From NCBI RefSeq assembly GCF_963921235.1, contig NC_086097.1:130264001-130328000 (forward strand): 64,000 nt of DNA, read 5' to 3'. Origin of the DNA: Mobula hypostoma. Taxonomy: Eukaryota. Position 1 is the first letter of the stretch, and each line of letters begins with the position of its first letter. The notes under the pieces are model-generated. The model did not search any database. It was not told where the DNA came from and worked only from the letters and a program-made list of their open reading frames with translations. Position numbers and translations under genes: made by a program. This document shows positions 51,566 through 64,000 of this stretch, one piece after another.

Positions 51566-54500
51566 TATATCTTTTCCACTGATAGTTTTCTGGAAAAAAA
51601 ACACAGTAAAAGTCATGTTTTAGGAGAGTAAAGATTATGAAATTCATCAGGACATTAACGTAGCACAAAAGATGCAATATGGAAGGACGATGAAGGCCTA
51701 TCCTTTTGTCTTCAATGCAAAAAGTATGATGGAATGCTATAGTGTGCAAAGTGTACTTCAAATTGTATTGGAAGAAATGATCAGAGACTGCTGTGATTAG
51801 ATTCCCTAGTGTGCAGATCAAATAATGTGATAGACAAATCAGAACTTTTGGTGAGTAAAGCTGGATGAGTGGTAGAATGGTTTCACTGCTTCTTCAAAAC
51901 CTTGCCCAATTGAAAATTTCAAATTTTGTATGGTGCTGCAGATGGATTTAGACATGCAGAAATAATGGTCTTAATATCCTAGACCTGAAATTTGAAACAA
52001 CAATAAACAGCTACAAATAATCAACAATTATTTGGTGTTGGCTATGCCATAGCCACAAAATAAATCATATTCAAAGATATATGTATTCCTTATTCTCTGC
52101 TGTGTGAAATATCTTTTTTCAACATTGGATACTTAAAATAGAAACGACCATTTTGGGAAGAACTTCCTTCTTAGTTATTTTCTTGCTCTCCATTTTTGTT
52201 CCACATTTTGATAAAATTAATTGCAGACAACATCCTAAGTACTAGGGGAAATAAATGCAACACTGACTCACCTCTACCATTCAAAATTTCCAAAACTTAC
52301 AGCAAAAACCAAAACAAATAAAAATTATAAGAGAAAAGTCACAATTTACCCTTTTTCTTTCCAACTTAATTTACGTGATTAGAAATCCCACCTGACTATT
52401 GCAACGCTCAGGAATTTTTACCAATCAGACCACCAGCTTAAATGAATGCCAATTTTATAACAGATGTGAGATACAGGGGAAGAAATCATCCTTATTCCTT
52501 TTGCTAAGCATGTGATATAATAGAGGCTTGAACATTTTTTCCAGATTCACAATCTTGGCTTCATTAACTGCAATGGATAAACTGGGGACTTTACCTAGAT
52601 CACAATGTTGCGCTCCTTGCCTAACCTTTTCAAATGCAAGGATGAGCGGTGGCTGGCATTTTTCCTGAAGACTCTGTTGTCTTTGCTGTTATTTTGAGCT
52701 GCGTCTTCCCTTCTGTGACAAAAGGATGTGTGTTCAAATTCCTCTTCAGCGACACAATGTTGTCTGATGCTTCAATTACATATTGGATGGCAGCACTGTT
52801 TGAAGTGCTATCCCATGGATGAAATATTAAACCATGATTACATTAGTGAATAACAAATTTCCTGTTGTCTTATTTCATAGAAGGGAAGGCTGTTCTTTCC
52901 AAAGACTTGGCCAATATTTACCATTCAACTAACTTTATCAAAACAGTTAAAACTGGCAATCGTCATGTAAATGTTTTGGAAAACTGCTTTTCACTTTTCC
53001 CATATTAGAACAGTAACTACACTTCAAAAATATGTCTGTTAAAAAACATCAAGGTTGTGAGGGACCACATAAAGACATATTTTATAGGGTTTGGCAGAAG
53101 ATTTCAGGAATTTGGATCAATGATATTAGAGCAAATGTATATCTATAATAATCAGCCATGGTTTGGAGCAAGCAGTATCCTCACTATCAGGATCATTACT
53201 GATCATAGGTAGGCTGCTGCTGGAGGATTCTGAGGACTGACATAGATTTCACACTCAGCGGCATTAGTGTACTGGTGGTAGAAGGGGTGGATATTGAGCT
53301 CAATGAGAGGGGCACAGATCAAGCTAACTGCTGTGTCTGGGATGGAGTCATGTAAATAAACAAATTACTACAAGTTGAGTCATAGCTTGGCAAGATCAAA
53401 AGAAAACCAAACTGAACACTGGTATATATTTTTATTGAAAAGCAGGGTGGTTGCACTAAACCTGAATCAATCTTTTTCAGAACACAGTTAAACTACTAAA
53501 TGTTCTGAATGTCAGATAAAAAGGCTAGAAGCACCAGAGAAGGTCCAGAAAAGTTTCGTTGTGCAAAACATGACCTTAGTCTTTTTTTCTCTCTCTTCAC
53601 AATCTTGTATAATTTATATTCTGTGTCTTGTCTTTCCCTACCTACCTGTGACGCTGCTGCAAATAAGTATTCCCATCATATTGTTATTGCACTCTTCTTA
53701 AACCCATGGCAATAAAGTCAACTTGACTCGACCTGAAAGATTTCAAAAGTGATCCCGGAAATGTATGAGTATTCACATCAGGAAAGGATGAATGGACAGT
53801 GTCTCATTGCTACAGGAATCAGGATCAGAATTAGAGTCAGGTTTAATATATATAAGTTGAAAAAAAAGAAAGGACATCATAGAGGTCCTTTTACACAATG
53901 AAGGGTTTTGATAGAGTAGATGCAAAGGTAATGATTCCATTTTGGAGGAATCTGAAGAATGCCACTGCAATATAGTTGCCAAAAAATGAAACGACTGGGA
54001 GCCAGAAGAAACTTCGGATACAACAGCAGTGAAAATGCAGAACTCATTTCCTTAGGGACTTGTTGAGATGAACCAACTGTACTGATGTATTTAAAGAAAG
54101 GCTGGATAGGCATGAGGAAGAAGGAAATAGAGATACACTACTAGATTTTAGATGGAAGGCAGCTTGAGCCTGCATGAAATGCTTGAGGCAATTGGTCTGT
54201 TTTTGCATCTTACATCCCATGCAATTCTTTAAACTGAAAGGCAATTCAGCATTCCTTATGAAATATGGTGATGTTGGAAATACCAAAGGATGTACTGCTC
54301 GTATAACAGAAATGGTTGGAGTGGGATCTGTTAGGGTACTAATTGGTAAAGTGTACATATTTGCTACAGCTTGAGGAATAGAAATCAGAAGACAGAGATG
54401 GAGGATTGAAGAACTAATAGGAAAACTAGTTTCAGAGAACTGGCACAGAGACAGGACATCAAATAGCTCCTTCTGTTATAGGTTATTCAATAATTCAGTG

Positions 54501-55360
54501 AAATTTCTGACAAATACAGATTGGATTTCCTCCAAAAAACTTCTAATCAGAAACCTTCACAGAGAAACTTTCCTGCCGAGAACAAACACTTCAGAATATT
54601 GTAGAATGAAATAACGGAAAATAAAAGAAATCCATACCTTTCAACTTGGACACATCACTGCGCACCTAAAGGGCAAACTAAAAACAAAAAAAGTCAGGCA
54701 GCACCTGTGGAGAGAGAATCAGAATTAATGTTACAAGTCAATAATTCAACAATGTTCATCCTGCAATCTTAACTCTGGTTCTCTCTCCATAGATGCTGCT
54801 TGATCTGCTAAGTATTCCCTTAATTTTGGTTCAATTTTGGGTATACAATATCCACCATTTTTGCTTTGCTTTTAAAGAAGTATCATATTTTGCTTCAGCT
54901 CCAGCCAGTACACTTAACCAATTTAGATCTTATAATTCGTCCAAATTAGACGTTTGAGGGATTCAAATTACCTTAGCAGAACAACACATCATTTTACCCC
55001 TCTGGCCTTATAATCACCCTGTTTTGCAGTGCCACATTAGAGCAGCTAATTGTTGTAACACGATTTGGGTTTCTCCAGCAATTTACTGCAATCCAGATGT
55101 TACACAGCAGAACATATCTACAATGTTACGTTGATTTCAGGGACTAGATATACAATGAGGAAAGATCTCATTAAACCAGGGATGGAACTGCAAGTAAATG
55201 AGACTGAGCAAAAAAAAAAACTGTGGGTGCTGGAAGCCTTAAATACAAATATAGAAAAAGCCAGAAACATCCAGAAAATTGGACGTCATCTGTGGAAAGA
55301 AAAAGTTAATGTTTCAGAATACTTGTAACATGGAGAGAAGAATTTAAAATATGAATTAAT

Positions 55361-56059
55361 GGTGGGGAGGAGAAGATGGCAGCACGACGCAATGCGCGCG
55401 GCCATTGCAAAATGATATCGTATTTGTTAAGTAGGTACCGTGCACAATCCTGATTTGATGGAGACAGACATGAGAAGCACAGAGGAACATCTGGAGAAAC
55501 TTCTGAAATGCCTGCTTCACTGCCTATACTACTGTGCGATCGAGAATCTCCGGAGGGGAAGGCCCCAAATCCTCGGCTTTGCCTACCGCCTGTTGTCGGG
55601 GCCAGGGTCGAAGCACTCAGCAGAGATGGTGCTCGGTGCTCAGTGTCGGAGGGCTGATCGGAGGCTCGAAGATTTTGGACGGACTCAAGAGTCGGCTGTG
55701 GTTTGGTGCTTCCAGGGTGCTGCATCGGCAAGTTTGCGGCGCTGGAGGTTCATGGCAGGAAGAGAGTTTCTCTTCCTTCTACCGTCTGCGTGAGATGATG
55801 GGTCTTTTGAGAGACTTTGAGACTTTTTTTTTAAACCGTGCCCATGGTCTGTTCTTTATCAAGTTACGGTATTGCTTTGCACTGTTGTAACTATATGTTA
55901 TAATTATGTGTTTTTTGTCAGTTTTTCAGTCTTGGTTTGTCTTGTGTTTCTGTGATATCACACCGGAGGAACATTGTATCATTTCTTAATGCATGCATTA
56001 CTAAATGACAATAAAAGAGGACTGCGTGTCCTCATAATTTAATCTAATCTAATCTAATC
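55361..56059 (+). mobile_element. CpG-containing non-coding retroposon with (TAATC)n tail, inserted between inverted Penelope pLTR pieces
   Basis: Starts gaggagaagatggc, has a GC-rich body and T-rich 3' region, then AATAAA and taatctaatctaatctaatc. Family not assigned. Confidence 0.6.
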
Positions 56060-57019
56060 CACAGACGCTTCCTGACCTGGTGTATGTTTCTAGCATTTTC
56101 TGCTTTTATTTTGGAACTTAGAGGGTTAATAAGCAATATATTCAAAAAAGAAACTGCAAAGTTGGATTGGGCGAGGCTAGTTGGGGAGCTTAGATTATGG
56201 GGTGTGATCTAAATATCAGAGCCAGGCCTTTTAGAACTGAAGTTAGGACATGTGGTAGAAGTCTGGAATTCTTTTGCAAATAGCAGTTAATAAAAGGCAA
56301 TTTTTCATTTTTATTTTCATAATTTAAAAGTTGAAAGGAATTGGGGAAAGGCAGGTACTTGGCCATCGTCTCACCGAAAGGGGAAGTAGGCTCGAGGACA
56401 TAAGTAGCTGTTGCTGTTCTATGTTCTTTCCACATTGTGGTAGGGATGCAAAGCAACTCTACAAAGACTAAATATAACTGCAACACATTTCACAGGCACT
56501 TTAACCGTGCTTAACTTACAGTGAAATGCAGCATGATTGTTGTATCACTGTGCCTCTATGACAATGATAATGGGGCATTAGTACTTGGTTTATTGTTGTC
56601 AGATGTACCAAGGTACAGAGAAAGGCATTGTTTTGCATGCTATCCAGACAGATCATATCATACATTGAGGCAATACCCAAAAGGAAAACAATAACAGAGT
56701 ACATAATAAAGTGATACAAATGCAGAGGAAGTGCATTGCAGGTAGACAACTAAGGTACAAGGACCTTGATAAGGTGACTGAGAGATCAGGAGTTCATTAT
56801 GTACTGTGTAAAAGGTTCATTCAAGTGTCTTACACCAGCAGGATAGAAGCAGATTTGTGCTCTTAGGCAATTGTGTTTTCTGCCTGAAGGGAGGTGGGGG
56901 TGGTCTTTGATTATGTTGTCTGCAGTAGGAAGTGTAAGGCAGAGTCAATACAGGGGAGGCTGGTTTTCATGAGCGACTGGGCTGCACTCACACTTCTGTT
57001 AAATTTCTTGCAGTGCAAA

Positions 57020-58065
57020 GAAAGGACCTACACCTGCTGCAATTTGACTATTGCCATAGTAGGTCTACAGTGGATGCAATCTCAATGGTTCCCCACGCAG
57101 CCTTGGATCACCTGGACAACAGCAATACCTACATCAGTCTGCTGTGATTGCAGCTCAGCATTCAAAACCATCATACCTTCAGTATGAATCAACAAGCTCC
57201 AAAGCCAGTACCTCTGAACCTCCTTCTGCAACTGAATCCTTGACTTCCTTATCAGAAGACCACATTCAGAGCAGGTAGGAAATAACATTTCCTCACTGAC
57301 AATCAACATCGGCGCATGTCAATGATGTGTTCTTAGCCCATTGCCCTACTATCTCCATATCAATGACTGTGTGGCTAGGCACAGCTCAATTGCCATCTAT
57401 AATTTTGCAAGGGTATAACTGTTGTTGGCAGATGGTGATGAGGTGGTGTACAGGAGTGAGATAGATCTGCTGGTTGACCAGTATCGCAACAAAAACCTTG
57501 CACTCAACGTCAGTAAGACCAAGGAACTGATTGTGGACTTCAGGAAAGGGAAGTCAAGAAACAAACACTAGTCCTCAGGTCCCCAGGAGTGGAAAGGATG
57601 AGTGGTTTCAAGTTCCTGGGTGTTAACATCTCTGAAGATCTATCCTGGATCCAACATATTGATGCAATTACAAAGAAGGCACAACAGCCACTATAATTTA
57701 TTAGGTGCTTGAGGAGTCTTGGTATGTCACCACAGACTCTCACAAATTTCAACAGATATACCATCTAGAGCATTCCATCTGGTGTGGAATAGCCATTGCA
57801 CAGGATCAGAAAAAGCTGCAGAAAATTGCAAATTTGGCCAGTTCCAACATGGGCACTAGCCTCCCAGTATCGAGGACATCTTTAAAAGGTAGTGCCTCAA
57901 AAAGGTGACATCTGTCATTAATCACCCTAATTAGCCAGGACATGTCCTCTTCTCATTGCTACCATCAAGGAGGAGGTAAGGAAGCTTGAAGACACATGCT
58001 CACCATTTCGGGAACAGCTTCTTCCCCACCGCTATCAGATTTCTGAATGGACAATGGAACCATGC
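57020..58065 (+). mobile_element. Rex1/Babar-like LINE fragment (many stops and frameshifts)
   Basis: Same subfamily as 60841-61983 (gactgtgtggctaggcacagctcaa, ttcaagttcctgggtgttaacatctctgaagatct, GNSFFPTAIRFLNG). Confidence 0.8.
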
Positions 58066-58070
58066 ACATT

Positions 58071-59468
58071 ACTTCTCTTGGTCCACTTCTGACATCCTTC
58101 TCCCCTTTCCTGACCTCTCTGTCTCCATACTTGTTGACAAACAGTCTACCAATATATTTTGTAAACCTACCAATTCCCATGGCTATCTTGACTAAATCTG
58201 TTCCCAACATGTCTCCTGTAAAAACGCCATTCCCTTTTCTCCGTTCCTTCATCGCCACCATATCTGTTCCCAGGATGCAGCTTTCTATTCCAAGATATCA
58301 GAGATGTCCCCCTTCCTCAAAGAATGAGGTTCCCCTTGCTCCACTGTTAATGCTGCCCTCACTCGCATCTCCTTCATTTCTCGGACATCCGCGCTCACCC
58401 CATCTTCTGCCACCTTAACAGGGAAAGAGTTCGTCTTGTCTTCACCTACCTCCCATGAGCCTCTGCAACCAGCACACCATTCTCTGCAACTTCTGCCATC
58501 CTCAACGGTAAACTACCACTAAACACATCTTTACCTCCCCCCAACTCTCCACTTTCTGCAGGGATCTCTCCCCTCCATGATTCCTTGTCTATTCGTCCTT
58601 TCCCACTTATCTCCCTTCTGGTTCTTATCCCTGCAATGTCTGAAGTGCTACTCCTGCCCATTCACCTCCTCCCTCAAATCTTTTCAGGGAAAGAAATCCT
58701 TTCAGGTGAGGCAATACTTCACCTGTGAATCTGTTGGGGTTGTCTACTGTATCTGATGCTCCCGATACAGCCTCCTCTACATTGGTTAGACCTAATGTAG
58801 ATCAGGGAATTGCTTTGTTAAGCACCTCTGCTCCATCCACAAAAAGTGATTTTCTTGATGACCAACCATTCAAATTCCTATTTCCATTCCCGTTCCAACA
58901 TGTTAGTCCACGGCCTCTTCTTCTGCCACAATGAAGCCACGCTCAGGGTGGAGGAGCAGCACCGCATATCCATCTAGGTAGTCTCCAATCTGATGGCATG
59001 AACATCGATTTCTCCAAGTTTCTGTAAGTTTTCCCCCTCCACCTTCCCTCTTCTTCAACTCACCACTCTGGCTTCTTACCTCTTCTCCTCACCTCCCTAT
59101 TGCCTCCCCTGCTGCTTCTCCTCCTTCCCTTTCTTCCATGATCCATTCTCTTCTTCTCTCAGATTCCTTCTTCTCCATATTTTTGCCTTTTCCATTGATC
59201 ACCTCCCAGCTTCTTACTTCATCGCCCCCCCCTCCCCTCCCCTACCCACCTGGGTTCCCTTATCACTTTCTAGCTTGTCCTCCTTCCCCTTCCCCCACCT
59301 CCTTATTCTGGCTCTCCTTCTTCCTTTCCAGTCCTAATTAATGAAGGGTCTCGGCCCGAAACATCAGCTGTTTATTCATTTCCATAGATGCTGTCCGACT
59401 TGCAGGAGTTCCTCCAACATTTTGTGTGCATTGCTCTGGATTTCCAGCATCTGCAGAATCCCTTGCAT
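58071..59468 (+). mobile_element. Penelope-like element 3' half: RT C-terminus, GIY-YIG endonuclease, pseudo-LTR
   Basis: LPFPDLSVSI...TNIFCKPTNSHGYLD; FQVRQYFTCESVGVVYCI*CSRYSLLYIG*T (~58700-58793); pyrimidine tract; degenerate HHR at 59329-59370. Confidence 0.85.
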
Positions 59469-60349
59469 TTAAAATTTCATGACACACGCCAGTGATATTA
59501 AATCTGATTCAGTCTTGGGCAGATTAGTTGCATCCCAAGCTGTGATGTATTCAGACAGGATGCTTTCTGTTATGCATTTGTAAAAGCTGGTGAAGGTCAT
59601 GGGGTCTTTCGCCTTCTGAGGAAGCAATAGTGCTAAATTGCTCTTTTGGCCACTGCTTCCTCTTGACTGGACCAGGAGAACCTGGGAACTTGAAATTCTT
59701 AACCATCTCCAACTCAGCGCCATGTGTAGGAGCATGTGCTCAAAAATTCCAGCATAACCTAGGAGTTCAGTGACAGAGAAGAGCGAAGGTACAGTAGCAT
59801 CTGCTGCTCAACATGATCCAAATTCACTTTGTTTTAGAACTTACCTGTGGGGGAATCCCGGCTGCTCCCTCTGGAAATTTGGTGTCATCCAGCAAGATTC
59901 TGCCCAATGAAATGATATGGAGCTCATCAATTTTTTTGGGGTGGTGTTGATTGAGTGGAGAATATAAGCCAGAAAAAAGTAATTGCAATTACCTAAGATT
60001 TCCCCGATAGGCAATATTTAAGAAGTCACTTGAAAGAAACAGGGCAGGTTAACATCTAAATATCATGTGAGAACCTGGACTGCAGACTGCTTGTTAGCAT
60101 ATACATATACGAATTAACAGCCAGGCTAAATTACAGATGTGTCTATGAGTTGCTGATTGCTTTGTGGTTTGTGTAATTGGACTTTGTACTTGTGAGCTCA
60201 CCATACCCTCCTACAGCAGGCATGGTGCTTAATAGGATACTACTATACAAATAACATAAGGCTTGGAGATGTTTAATGAGATGTTTAATGCTTTCCAAAT
60301 ATAGACAGAATTAAAGATATTCTAAATATAACCACAAATGTTTTTCTTT

Positions 60350-60835
60350 TACTTCATTACATCTTAAGGCACAAGTACAATATTGTGTATAGTTCTGATC
60401 ATTACTGTACAGGAAGAATGTGATTGCTCTAGAGAGGGTGCATGGGAGATTTGTGGCTGCCGTGAAACCTGGAGAAAATTGGTTCGGAGGAGAGGCTGGC
60501 CTTGTTTGTTTTGGAGTAAAGGAAACTGAGAGGATGCACAAAATGCATAAGATTATACACAGCTTGGACAAGGTGAACAATAATGAACTATTTCCCCTCA
60601 GCAGAGAAGAAAGATAATGTTAGAAGGGTTGAAGTAGTGTTAAGGAATATTTGTTACCAAGCAGCTGAAGATGTGAAACTCCTGTCTGAAGTAATAGTAG
60701 AGGAAAAAGCCCCAATGGTTAGGGCCTGGATGAGTGCTTATACCTGTGCACCATGGCTGGAAGGTGGGATTGTCTCAATATCTCTTTGACTGAAAAAAAC
60801 ACAAAACAGACTGACTAGCTTTCTCTGTTGTAAAG
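60350..60835 (+). mobile_element. Old CR1 3' fragment
   Basis: tattgtgtatagttctgatc...gtgattgctctagagagggtgcatgggagattt; HKIIHSLDKVNNNELFP. Confidence 0.55.
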
Positions 60836-60840
60836 CTTTC

Positions 60841-61983
60841 AGAATCAGAATCAGAATGTGACGTGAAATTTGTTAACTAAGCAGCAGTTCAATGCAATAC
60901 ATAATCTAGCAGAGAAAAAATAATAAATAACAATAATAATAAATAAACAAGTAAATCAATTACGTATATTGAATAGATTTTTAAAAAGTGCAAAACAGAA
61001 ATACTGTATATCAAGAAAAAAGTGAGGTAGTGTCCAAGCTTCAATGTCCATTTAGGAATCGGATGGCGGAGGGAAGAAGCTGTTCCTGAATCGTTGAGTG
61101 TGTGCCTTCAGGCTTCTGTACCTCCTACCTGATGGTAATAGTGAGAAAAGTGCATGCCCTGGGTGCTGGAGGTCCTTAATGATGGACACTGCTTTTCTGA
61201 GACACTGCTCCCTAAAGATGTCCTGGGTACTTTGTAGGCTAGTACCCAAGATGGAGCTGACTAGATTTACAACCTTCTGCAGCTTCTTTCGGTCCTGTGC
61301 AGTAGCCCCGCACCAGACAGTGACGCAGCCTGTCAGAATGCTCTCCACAGTTTTTGAGTGTATTTGTTGACATACCAAATCTCTTCAAACTCCTAACAAA
61401 GTATACCAGTTATCTTGCCTTCTTTATAACTACATCGATATGTTGGGACCAGGTTAGATCCTCAGAGATCTTGACACCCAGGAACTTGAAGCTGCTCACT
61501 CTCTCCACTTCTGATCCCTCTATGAGGATTGGTACGTGTTCCTTTGTCTTACCCTTCCTGAAGTCCACTATCAGCTCTTCTGTCTTACTGACGTTGAGTG
61601 CCAGGTTGTTGCTGTGGCACCACTCCACTAGTTGGCATATCTCACTCCTATACGCCCTCTCATCACCACCTGAGATTCTACCAGCAATGGTTGTATCGTC
61701 AGCAAATTTATAGATGGTATTTGAGCTATGCCTAGCCACACAGTCTTGAGTATATAGAGAGTAGAGCAGTGGGCTAAGCACACACCCCTGGGGTGCACGA
61801 GTGTTGATCATCAGCGAGGAGGAGATGTTATCACCAATCTGCACAGATTGTGATCTTCTGGTTAGGAAGCTGAGGAACCAATTGCAGAGGGAGGTACAGA
61901 GGCCCAGGTTCTGAAACTTCTCAATCAGGATTGTGGGAATGATGGTATTAAATGCTGAGCTATAGTCGATGAACAGCATCCTG
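60841..61983 (-). mobile_element. Rex1/Babar-clade LINE, 5'-truncated
   Basis: ORF 61410-61979 ([38 protein letters not shown]) and ORF 61052-61378; (ATTCTG)n tail at ~60841-60857. Confidence 0.88.
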
Positions 61984-62764
61984 GCGCTTCTACAATCTGA
62001 AAATTATAAATCTTTCTACTTAGAGTCTGTTGCAGCAGCAGTAGTAAACTTGTCCATAAAATTCACTGGTAAAGGCCTTGGTCACATGCATGTTATCAGT
62101 GGTCAGCTGCAATGCATTTTCACAATTCAATCTTACCAGAAAATTTTTAACAAATTTTGAAAAAGAAACAATATTGTAATAATTCACAATGTTGTTGCTT
62201 CAGTTATGCAAATATAAGTTTTGGAATTCATCAAATCTTCAGATGGTAGTTACAGCGAAAGTAGCAGAGATTTACCAGAGTTTCTAGGAGTCAGGATAAG
62301 CACTATTTGATTAATGAATGCTTACGCACTTCATGCAGTCTCTGGGCTTGGAAAAGATTTCTTTCATGGGTCATTGGCTGGACTGATACATGGAGAATGC
62401 CAACATGAGTGAGCTGATGGATGGTCCAGTAATTATCTAATGTGTTCAGGATATACAGAAGAGATAAATATATAGAGGGTAGAAGAGCAGGACAAATGCA
62501 TTTATAATTTGAAAAAACTGGCCTGCTGAGTTCCTCAGCACCTCATGTGTGTATTGTCTCCACATTCATTGCAGAAGACTAACTAAATCATTAATTTTCA
62601 AATTTGATTTTAAAACTAACCAGTAGACATTTTATTGTGGTATTTAATTGATATGAGTGACATTGGGTGTGTACCCTGGAATTTTGCATAAATAATCACC
62701 CAAGTTGTATACACCATAAAAATAAAAACTTGCATTACATTTTGGAATACCCATTGTCTTAGCT

Positions 62765-63435
62765 AAAATCACAAGGCAGGCACAACAGCGGCTCAACTTT
62801 CTTAGAAGCTTGCCTATGTTCGGCATGTTCACCTAAAACTTTGACAAACTTCTATCAGTGGGCAGTGGAAAGTATCTGAACTGGTTGCATCATGGCTCGG
62901 CGTGGAAACATCAGTGCCCAGGAATGGAAAAGTCAACAGTAAGTGGTGGATACAGCCCAGTCCATCACAGGAAATGCCCTTCCCACCACTGAGCACATTT
63001 GTAATCAGTGCTATCATTAGAAAGCAGCATTCATCATCAGGGAGCCCACCATCCAGGTCATGCTCTCTGCTTGCTACCACCATCGGGTAGGAGGTACAGG
63101 AGCCTTTTAGGTCCCACACTGCCAGGTTATTACCCTACAACCTTCAGGCTCCTGAACCAGTGTGGATTACTTCACTCACCTCAAGTCTGAACTGATTCCA
63201 CAACCAACAGACTCACTTTCAAGCACTCCACAGCTCATGAGTCTACAACTCATGTTCTTTGTATTGTTTATTTTCTATTTGCACATTGGTTGTTTGTTAG
63301 TTTAGGTTTATGTAGTTTTCCATAAATTCTATTGTATTTCTTTGTTTTCCTGTGTATGCCTGCAGAAAATGAATCTCAAGGTAGCATATGTAACATATAC
63401 TGACTTTGACAGTAAACTTACTTTGACCTTGTCTT
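62765..63435 (+). mobile_element. Rex1/Babar-like LINE 3' fragment
   Basis: aaggcaggcacaacagcggctcaactttcttagaagc...HHPGHALCLLPPSGRRYRSL plus 3' UTR. Confidence 0.75.
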
Positions 63436-64000
63436 TGACTGAAAGCCTGAACAGAGTAACTATGGGTGTGGAGGTTAACGAGTTCTCCTCTCTCCAGTTG
63501 TCATGCAACCACTGTTGGGTTTGGAATAGTTTCTAACCAACGACTTCTGGAATCCATTAATTTTTGCACAATTCACTATAGATTCCAGAGTTGAGGATTA
63601 GAATGGAAACTTGGAAAGTGCAGAGCTAAATTAATCTCACAGTCACCATCCATTCCCTAAGGGAGTTGGCTGGGTGGGGTGTGCAGGGTGGAATGAGAGA
63701 GGTGGTAGCAAATATCTTCTACATGTGCTCCCTTATGAAACAATTCAAAGTGAAAGTAAATCTGAGATGTTGAAAAGGTTGTCTTTGCATTGCAGCCTCA
63801 ATCTGAAGCGATGGAATGGAAGTATTTGAAGGTCTAAATTTGAGACGAACTACAAACCTTTATATTTTTGAGAAGGACTCCATGAAGGCTGTAGGAGCTG
63901 GAACCACCGAAACCTTATCTAGACTGGGTAAATTATGAGCCCCCAGATGAAAAGAGCAAGAAGAAAAACTCTGAAGTTCTCTATTGTTGACCCATAGCTT

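Noticed and set aside
59839..60030. Minus-strand CAG|GTAAGT donor with a ~58-codon open frame
   Set aside because: Overlaps a degenerate Deu-SINE-like segment, the peptide is unrecognisable, and the best acceptor includes an in-frame stop.
1..64000. Prokaryotic-type systems (CRISPR, retron, DGR, operons) suggested by RT ORFs and repeated motifs
   Set aside because: All RTs carry non-LTR or Penelope signatures, repeats are dispersed rather than regularly spaced, and there is no operon structure.

Overview
Eukaryotic, AT-rich, repeat-dense non-coding DNA, either intergenic or a large intron. The repeat set (CR1 LINEs with an SGNH-esterase ORF1, Rex1/Babar LINEs, V-SINE/HE1-like and Deu-domain SINEs, many Penelope-like pieces) points to a cartilaginous fish, probably a ray; this is inference. 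I recognise no host protein-coding gene, and every ORF with a recognisable domain comes from a transposable element. Best-preserved elements: a 3.4-kb CR1 (36385-39749) with a near-identical shorter sister copy (22074-23480), two Rex1/Babar copies (8580-10234, 13121-14975), a Penelope 3' half with GIY-YIG (58071-59468), non-autonomous Harbinger, hAT and Tc1 elements, an L1/Tx1 3' end, an RNase H-bearing I/Nimb-like LINE and a solo LTR. Two signals stand out. (1) About a dozen minimal type-I hammerhead ribozyme motifs lie in Penelope pseudo-LTR pieces; one has an intact core inside a 99-bp insertion with a perfect 14-bp TSD. (2) The CR1 ORF1/ORF2 junction has an in-frame T_TTA_AAC slippery heptamer followed by a stop, and ORF2 opens in the -1 frame, suggesting programmed -1 ribosomal frameshifting. 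Boundaries of degenerate repeats are approximate, and family names come from motif recognition, not database searches.
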